A stretch of 64,000 nt of DNA. Source: Raillietiella orientalis. Lineage: Eukaryota. The position numbers were made by a program, and so were the translations under genes. Below are positions 55,682 to 64,000 of this stretch, piece by piece. The stretch covers positions 682,001-746,000 of the forward strand of contig JAYWIR010000016.1 in the NCBI GenBank assembly GCA_036172245.1, given 5' to 3'. Below the pieces are notes generated by a model, which was given only the letters and a program-made list of their open reading frames with translations, did not search any database and was not told where the DNA came from. Each line of letters starts with the position of its first letter. Position 1 is the first letter of the stretch.

Positions 55682-58600
55682 TTTAAAAATTGAAAATACG
55701 CTGAAATCTCAACAAAAAAAAAAATTACACTTGCATCACATAATCCACAATGACCTTTCATTACAACATTGTACATTATCCTTTAAAAACGACAGCATAA
55801 GAATCCATACCTTGAATTTATGCTAACAATTGTTTTCTCGGCAAGAAATCACTGATACTTAAGAAAACCTTTTCTTTAACAGAATTTCGGTAAATTCCTA
55901 ACACCTCATGCTTCGAAAAAAACTCCAGTGAGGTAAAGGCTAATCGTCATGAGGCAATTTACACACGAGAATGTTGGCATCGAAAATTGCGGGTCAAAAA
56001 TTGCCTCACAGTAAATTTTCAAGTGAATTACGAAAGGTAGCTGATACACTTGTACCTTTGATTATTATCGATTAGAGTAAGGCCTCTCAAAAGGGTGTGA
56101 ACATATAGGAAGGCACTAAACCGAAAGATAGCATTTGCATTTAATGTGATCTGATTCCTTCTTTACGTATGTGATCCCGAGGAATCTCAAACATGAATGA
56201 CAAAAGGGCCAAAGGTGATCATCAACCGCTTCGTTGATCGGTATACTCATCTGAATTTGTCACTTTCTCAAAATCAGGGAGGAACATCATTTCTCGGCTG
56301 CAAGGTTAACGGCAAAAGACGTTAGGAATCGACAAGTGAGTAGACCGAGTCCCAGATTCCTACGTAAACTGGACATTAACAAAAGAGACTTTGAGCACGG
56401 CTATTGAATCCTTGGCATCTGTAAACACGGATGTTTTCTTCGAACTGGAAAACGGAAGTCGTGAGTAGCTCACTTGTTTCCGGCTAGGCCTTCACAAGTG
56501 AGAAGAAAACTTGTCGTCTCGCTCCTTGTGCACCGATAGTGAAATTCCCGTTTCACTTCACAATGCCACATGGGTTACAATAACACAAATATAAGAAACA
56601 GCCATAAATGCTTCCCATATTTTTACGAAGATGTCCACATGCAAATTAGCCTCAAAGGAAGAACAGAATTTTGACTATACGATATTGCCCGGTTGGTCTG
56701 TAAAAGAAAAAAAAAAAAAGGTCACAATAAAATTTAAAAGTACAAAACAGAAGAGAAAAGCTGGCGCAGAATGGTGAGTTCATGCATTTTTCGAAAACCA
56801 GCGTGCAAGGATCTCAACAAACACAACTTCCAATGTGTCATTTTATTTCGAGCTGCATTTATCTGGGTAGTTAGGCATCCAGTTTCCTTAAATCAAAACA
56901 GTTGTCTTCAGAGAGATTGCACGTATGTGATTTGGATATTCATCAAAACAATTCAATGCAATATGAAAAACTGGACATAAATGGTAATGGATAATTACAA
57001 TTTTAGATGGTCACGAATCTAGCCATAGGCAATGACTTTCAGCGCTTGAGATTAATAAATTACCATTAAAGACAGATTCTTTTTTTGCATCATTGGAAGG
57101 AATTTTCAGCTATAGCGGACTCGATGAAAAACCCAACGAGGTTTTGAATACACGGTAACTTCTCTAACGAGTAAACGCATGAAAGACTGGGTTTTGCGTT
57201 TCTACATTTATGCTAGGGAAACTCATGGAGTAGACTATATGGTTCCGAAAACTGAATGTACAGCATTTAAAGCTCCGGAAATCGTTTCGCAAAGATTTTA
57301 AAATATCTCTATTCACAGAAGACACCCTCATTTGAAACACCTTGAACTCAAACTGCAAGAGAAACACGACACACGATAAGAAATCAGTCATTTCATTATA
57401 CTAAAGTTTTATCATCCCTTCGATTTTCATTTGCAACCTTATGTTTAATATGTTACCGTGAAAAATCGATAAGGCATCGAAAAACAAAACTTTCAAGGAC
57501 CTATTGCTAATTGAGTAGAAGAATATGTAATAAGAGCATATATTCACACTATTTACATTAATTGAACATACTTTTCTAGTAGTGTAAGCAGATTTCACTC
57601 AAATGAATCCTGAAAAATGATTTCTGAAGCTGTACTTCTCAGTTTAATCAGCTTCTACTCGTTAGCATACGAGGTAGCGTACTTTGTTTAGAAATCTGCT
57701 TTTTAAATCAGGTTTGTTCCAAATAGCGCAATTGAGTATGTTATATTGTGAGAATAGGAAGATCCTGCAGAAGATGCAACACGTGGAAGATCATCCGAGG
57801 AAGAGCAGAAAATTATTCCTATCCTCCAAGTTAAAACTCCTATTATCGAAAGATGCAAATCACTTATGAACTGAAATCGGCATCTCATTAGTTCAGAAAA
57901 ATGCTTTCCACTTTGCAACTGTCGCAAACAGTTGCTACGATTTGCAGAATGTCTGTTCACATATGTCCAGTTCTCCAATCATCAGGAAATAGGAAATGGG
58001 ATTTTTTTAGTTTAAAACTCCCAACAGCTTACTCTGCACTCCAGTAATGCTGTTTGGAATGCCCTGAATTAAAATAATCAAAAACAGTGATCTTTCTGCA
58101 AGCCCTTACATTAGAAAATACTTTAATTCAATCAAAATGAAAATTGCATTATGATAAGGCTTTGTTCTAGGGAAAACGTCAAAAACAAACTCACTAAGCA
58201 ACACTTTGTAGAAATTAGCTTGCCTGAATCCTAGACATAGTATCTTCTAAGATTTTACTCACTTTATTAATAAGTAGAACATAGCCGAAATCAAACAATT
58301 CAGTATTTATGATAGCTGGAAAATCCCAATATATTCATGAGATTTTCCTTTGTGTTTTTTTCCTGTTGGATGTTTGATCGAACGAAAGAATTAAAAGATC
58401 AACTTAATTCCTCATCCGCAAAAAGCTTCAACGAATTTGTTTGACTAAATCAACGGCTATGCAAACAGTGGAAGCAATGATTAGCTGATGGTGCTGCACG
58501 TAGAACTTTTATAAAGACCTTTTAATTGAGAGCCGTGATTACAACTGACGGCACCAGTTTTCCTAATCATTATTTCTAAGCAAAATTAAATTCAACAGCT

Positions 58601-58890
58601 CCAGACTAAACGCATCATAAATGCCACAAATCTGAGTAGGATGATCATATTGTAGAAATTTGCAAATTAAAGTTCGTCGCAAATGCCGAATGGAATCCGC
58701 GGTTCATCAGATTTCACAAATAAAATAATAAAGGGTAATGGAAAAAGCAACGACCAACCATGGCGTAATAATCCAAGACTTCGGATGTAATGTCAGTTTT
58801 ATAAAGGCTGAGAAATATAACTACTTCAGTAAACATAAAAAAGATTTATTGAGCAATGTGCATTATACGTGGTTTCTATCTTATTCTATT

Positions 58891-61800
58891 CTAATGTACA
58901 AGCGGTCTATCTTGAACAGGTAGATCATCATCTAACATGTTTACAACATGGTCTGCAGAGACACCATGATGCTTTAGGAATACTTGCATATTAGTATGTA
59001 ATTCTTGAAGTTTTTTAATTTCATCAAATAATTGTATATCTTTCCATAAATCTGTCTGAGAAGAAACACTGATTCCTCCGGAAAGCCTATATTTTAGAAC
59101 CTTTTCATAACCTTTTTGAATGCGTTGAATTTCCTGTTGGTAATGCAAATCCTTATCATGGTACACTTGACGGAGATTTTGCCACTTTTTCCTCAATTCC
59201 TCATGACGTGCAGCATCCTCTTTCTGTCTCTGACGCACTTCATCAATTTCACGTGCACAACGTGCTAGCAAATCTGCATTCCTTTGATGTTCATCTTCCA
59301 GCAATTGTTTTTGTCGACAAACTTGCAAGGTGAGATTTTCCACTTGTGAATGTTGTTCTGTTTGCAACTGGACTTGTTTAGTTAGATGATCCTGCAAGGC
59401 ATCTATTTCCTCCGTGTGCTGTGAAATCAAAGCTGCCTAGAGAGAGAGAGAAAAAAAATACTGCAGTTTAACTTTATCATCTATACTTTCTCTTGTTCAA
59501 ATCTTTCCCTTGTAGCCTTCAAAAGTTGTTCACTCTCCAAGCGTAATTGCTTCAGTTCCTGACTAAAGTTTTCCTCCAAATTAGCAACTTTTCCCTGATG
59601 TAGCAAAGGCAGCATGTAGCAATGAGTATCCTTTTGAAATTACCTCCATTTCCACTTTACGATTTTCAATAGCAGCTTCAAACTGTTGCTTCCATAAAGA
59701 TTTGAGTGCTTCTTGATATTTTCCTTTCTCTAGAATCAGATTCCTCAATGTGTGTACTCTAATCAGTATGTGCTGAACTTACGCTGCCATGAGTCCTTGA
59801 TATAAACCGGAGAAATTATTTCTTCATCTGAAAGCTTTTCATTTCGAGGGAGAAAATCATCATAATTCAAAAGATTTAGATCTGTTTGTGTGGAATTATG
59901 ATGATATTCCCCAGTTGCTTGCCGATTCTGTTGAACTGCTTGCCTGTACATCTGTTGCACTTCCACTAGATCACTTATGGTGTGATTCAACTTGCTCCTG
60001 CAAGATTTTCGAGGCTTTTCTTTTATCATTTAGAATTACCTAAGATTTTCCACTTCTTGTTCATAACCAAAGATCTTTTGCTGATAAAGCTGATGCAAGG
60101 CTTCTTCATGTTTCTTCTTCCAATGATAATACTTATCTTTAATATCTTGTAAAGTCTCATCTAAAGTGAGTTTAGCTTGTAGCATTTCATTTTGTGCACT
60201 GACGCACTGCTGTGTCAGTTTTTCTTTATCAGCGTTTGCACTTAACAAACTATGCTTTAAAGATGCGTTTTCCTCATTCAATTGGGAATTAAGAAGTTTC
60301 AGCTCCGCTAATTTATTCTGCTCTTTTTGAAAACATGCAAACTGTCTCTGCAACTCTTCATTCTGAGACTGCAAGGAAATCAATTCCTCATCTTTCTGTT
60401 TCAGATTATTCTCTTGTTGCTTAATATGCTGTCTTTTCTGCCTATTCAATTCCAAACACTGTTGCAATTCATGGCGAAGTACATGGGAACCTGTATCTGA
60501 ACTTCTGCAAAGTAAGAGCAATGTACTAACTTCCATGATCTTTGCTTACTCTTTAGAGATATCCACTTGCAATAAAGACAAGGCAGCTTCTTGCAAGGCT
60601 AATTCTTTGTGACATGCTTCTAACTGAGTCTACAATGTGAGTATGCCACTACAGTTCCAAAAACTTTGAACAATTATACATACAGTGGCATCAGCAGCCT
60701 GCCTTTCAGCATTAGTTCGTTTCTGCTCTGCAATCTGCAACTGTACTCTCAATTCTGCAAACTCGTGCCCAGAAGGTGAAGTCACAAATCTCTCATATCT
60801 TTTTTGTGATTCTTCTAAGCTTTGGCTAAGTCGATTGACGGTTTCCGATTTGGCAATAATCTTCCTTTCGAATGTGTGCTGTTGTTCTTCAAGGGTTTTT
60901 TGAAGTTCAGCAAGTTCAGCTGTCTGCCAATCTTTAGTTAAGTTGGTTCGCACTTCCATAAACTTTACCTTATCATCCAAACTGTAATGTAGTTTACTTA
61001 TCTCCTCTTGTAAACATCGCAATTCTCCTTCATGATGTTCTCTGAGGGCTTCCACAGATTTCGTGTACTGCTGTTTTGCCAAGGTCAGATTCTCTGACTT
61101 TTCCAACTCATGCAATCTCTCTTCTACACTTTGTAATGCTAGCTGAGCTTGCAGTTGCATCTGTACAGCCTATTTGCTCTTTAGTTGATGTTCCTATAAT
61201 GATCAATTACTTTTTCTTTGCTGCCTCGTAGCTTATCACATTCTATCTCATAAGCACGTAGTTTACCAAGCAATTTGGTGTTTTCTTGTTGTTTTTGACC
61301 TAGTAATTCCTGCACACTTGCAAGATCAGTAGATATTTCGGTTTTGTTTTGGTTCATTAATGCAATTTTATGATGCAGAGCTCTTACTTCCTTGCTGGAT
61401 TCCTGCATACCTATTTGTAATTGCTGGCAAAAATTGTGCACTCTGTACATAAGGTCATTTAGCGCTTGTTTTCTTTGAGATTCAGTTCCTCCTAATCAGT
61501 ACAGTAGCAATCATCTGCATATCTTTTGCACTAACCAAGTAAACATTCCTTTAAATCTTTATCCATAAACTGATCCTGATAATCAGCATCACTTTTGTGG
61601 GACAATGGTAAACAAAAATCTAGTTTTCTTGCAATAGATTGTACATCAGGACCTGAGCGTCTTTTGTGGTTTTCTGATTGCTATATGAAGAAAGAATACT
61701 ATTAATCAAGCAAGAAACAAAATTTTAACAAAAAAATAAAATAATATCATAAGTGGAATTAATGCAGGAACTGGAAAATATGATTACCTTGGGAGAAGGC

Positions 61801-62136
61801 TCTAACAATGCATTTTTTCTATTATGTATGTCATAACTGCAATCTCCAACAACCCTTGCAAACTGTGAAACAGAATCTTCTGCTGTTAACTCTTCTGATG
61901 TATGACTGGAATGTAATGTTGAATTTCCACCAGATGAGTGATATTCATCATCATCGATGAAATCATCAAATCCTTTCATTAAGATGTCACCCAACTGCAA
62001 ACATTCCTTATCGAACGTGCCAACCAATGAAGATATTTACCTCCTGATCTTTCTTTTCATCCTCAGAATCTTTTTCATTATCAGAATTCAAATCAGGTAA
62101 AAAGTCCGTGTTTAAACAACTTAACCCAACATCCAT
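58891..62136 (-). CDS. CEP152: Long coiled-coil centrosomal protein, CEP152/Asterless-like, at least 12 exons
   Basis: Acidic N-terminus DSEDEKKDQE|LGDILMKGFDDFIDDD resembles the Plk4-binding N-terminus of CEP152/Asl. Internal LQSVEERLHELEKSE and KSETVNRLSQSLEESQKRY resemble CEP152 coils. Eleven short GT-AG introns traced in frame; AATAAA at 58850-58845. Confidence 0.72.
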
Positions 62137-64000
62137 CGCGAGTTTTTTCTTTTTTCTATAAATATGAGCATGATTAAACAAAAATTAAATACAAAATCAA
62201 ATTTTTGAAATCATAAATGACTAACTTTGGGGTGTGCTGTTTTCCTATAAAGTTACTAAGGGGAACTCATAAATTGAAGAATGCCATACTCTCAAAAATA
62301 TTATATGATACAAATGTGGTTTAATATGAATGATTATTTAATTGAAAACTAATTAGGATTCGCAATAAATGTTTTAGCTTTAAAACTATAAATATTCATC
62401 ATTGCAGAAAATCCCATTACCTGAAGTCAACAATTCTTAATTTAATGATTTTTATTTTCAGAGGACAACAAAAAGGATGTAAGGAAAAAATGAGCTTCAT
62501 GGTTACCTTTTTTTTCCTTTCATAAATTGCGCGGAAAATGAATTAACAATATTCTGCATGCTCTTGTCCAGACATAAGAATAATTGAAAAGGACTCTTGC
62601 ATAATTTTGCAATTTTTTAACAAAAATCTTGGAAATGATGACATCAGAAACCAACTCATTTTACATTTCACTTCGAGATTTAATATATGCATTCAACAAA
62701 TACAAATTCAAAGGAAGGATAATAGTAATGCATGGTAAAAATTTCCTCAGGACTGTGTCATACATTTACCGATAAAAACTTCCTTCTGAAAATTTAGCAC
62801 ATATTACATGTGTCACGAAACGAAATTAAACAAGAATTCTTATACGAAATGCTAATTTCAAAAACTGATTTTATCAGATACCCAAACAAAATACACACAG
62901 AGACATCATTGGAGAGCATGTAAAGTACTGATAAATGAACTCAGCACAAGATTCAGAAAATTATACCTTAATTGGTTAATAAGTTACAAGAATATCAAAT
63001 TTTCTTGCTCACGGAAACAATTTCATATAAGTCAGTGATCTTGAAGGCATACTTTATTATTTCTTCATTTTCAATGAGGAAAACCGAAACTTACTTTACG
63101 GTAGGAATTACTTAATACGGTAAGAATATTATAATATTATTTCTTAAATATAAGAAGACCTTCTTACATCACAAAAATGAAAATGGCGTTTTTACCAATA
63201 CAGATGTATATTTGTATTTGTATGTGCATTTGTAGAGCCTATATATGAAAAGAAAGCACTGCTAATAGTAATCCTTACCGATTTAAATTTTGGTGGAATT
63301 TGGAATTAAAGTTATCATTTCTTCAAAATTAATGGCACAACAGTAACCTCAGATGACGTCCATGATCCATAGCTCCCATAATGAAGTTTGCATTTTGGTA
63401 AACATTTCCAATTTACCTCCTCCAGGCTAGGACAAGATTGCCACCTCAAACAGTTAGAAGTACAGAGAATAAAAGAACAAACTGTAGCGAGGATATGAAT
63501 TAAATAACTGTAAATGCATGAGTATATTAAAGGTACTATGCCATAAAATAATTCACCTGTGTGGGTGATGCTCCTCTTATGTTTACTTACAGACTGATTA
63601 TGTCATATTCATAGCATTGGAAATAAAACTTACATATGTATAACTTTACGTAAAAATCACAATAAGATGTACAAAATTAAGATATACTCATACATTCGCA
63701 ATAACCGAGATCTTATTTTTTAATGACTCACATGAAATTTTCGTTTCCCTCTCTGATTAGAGCACAGTAAAAGTTGAATTCAATGAAACATGACATGAAT
63801 CAGAGTGATTTTCTTTTTGAATTTGCATGCCATTTAGCGTTCCGCAGTTACACGAAAGATGAAATCCATAATTAATTTCAACTGACAGTTATTACTATCA
63901 GTCTGCGTATGTATTCGTTAATGATTAGTATAGTAAAATGATCACAATCTCTACGCAGATGCTTCGATTATTTGGTCCTCCGTTTTCGTATTGATAATCT

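Overview
Eukaryotic, metazoan genomic DNA: it has a canonical histone 3' stem-loop, and the proteasome proteins look arthropod-like, but the species cannot be named from sequence alone. The window is a two-compartment mosaic. (1) AT-rich, CpG-depleted, very compact gene islands with mostly 36-55 nt GT-AG introns: JKAMP / WDR92 / C3orf33-like (15.0-18.4 kb), a PMCA-type Ca2+ ATPase (29.0-33.2 kb), Rpn12 and Rpt4 tail-to-tail (52.7-55.7 kb), and a CEP152/Asterless-like gene (58.9-62.1 kb). (2) GC- and CpG-rich blocks (about 1.8-6.4, 22-27 and 35.5-49 kb) made of nested, decayed L1/Tx1-type LINE fragments, a Tigger/pogo remnant, and a repeat with a hairpin and B-box head (3 copies). A solitary replication-type histone H3 lies at 49.5 kb. 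The most interesting signals are the parallel 'micro-intron / stop-containing structured cassette / micro-intron' layout of the first introns of both adjacent proteasome genes, convergent genes 2 and 9 bp apart, splice acceptors just upstream of most start codons, and the hairpin-ended repeat. All gene models were read by hand; no database search or folding program was run.
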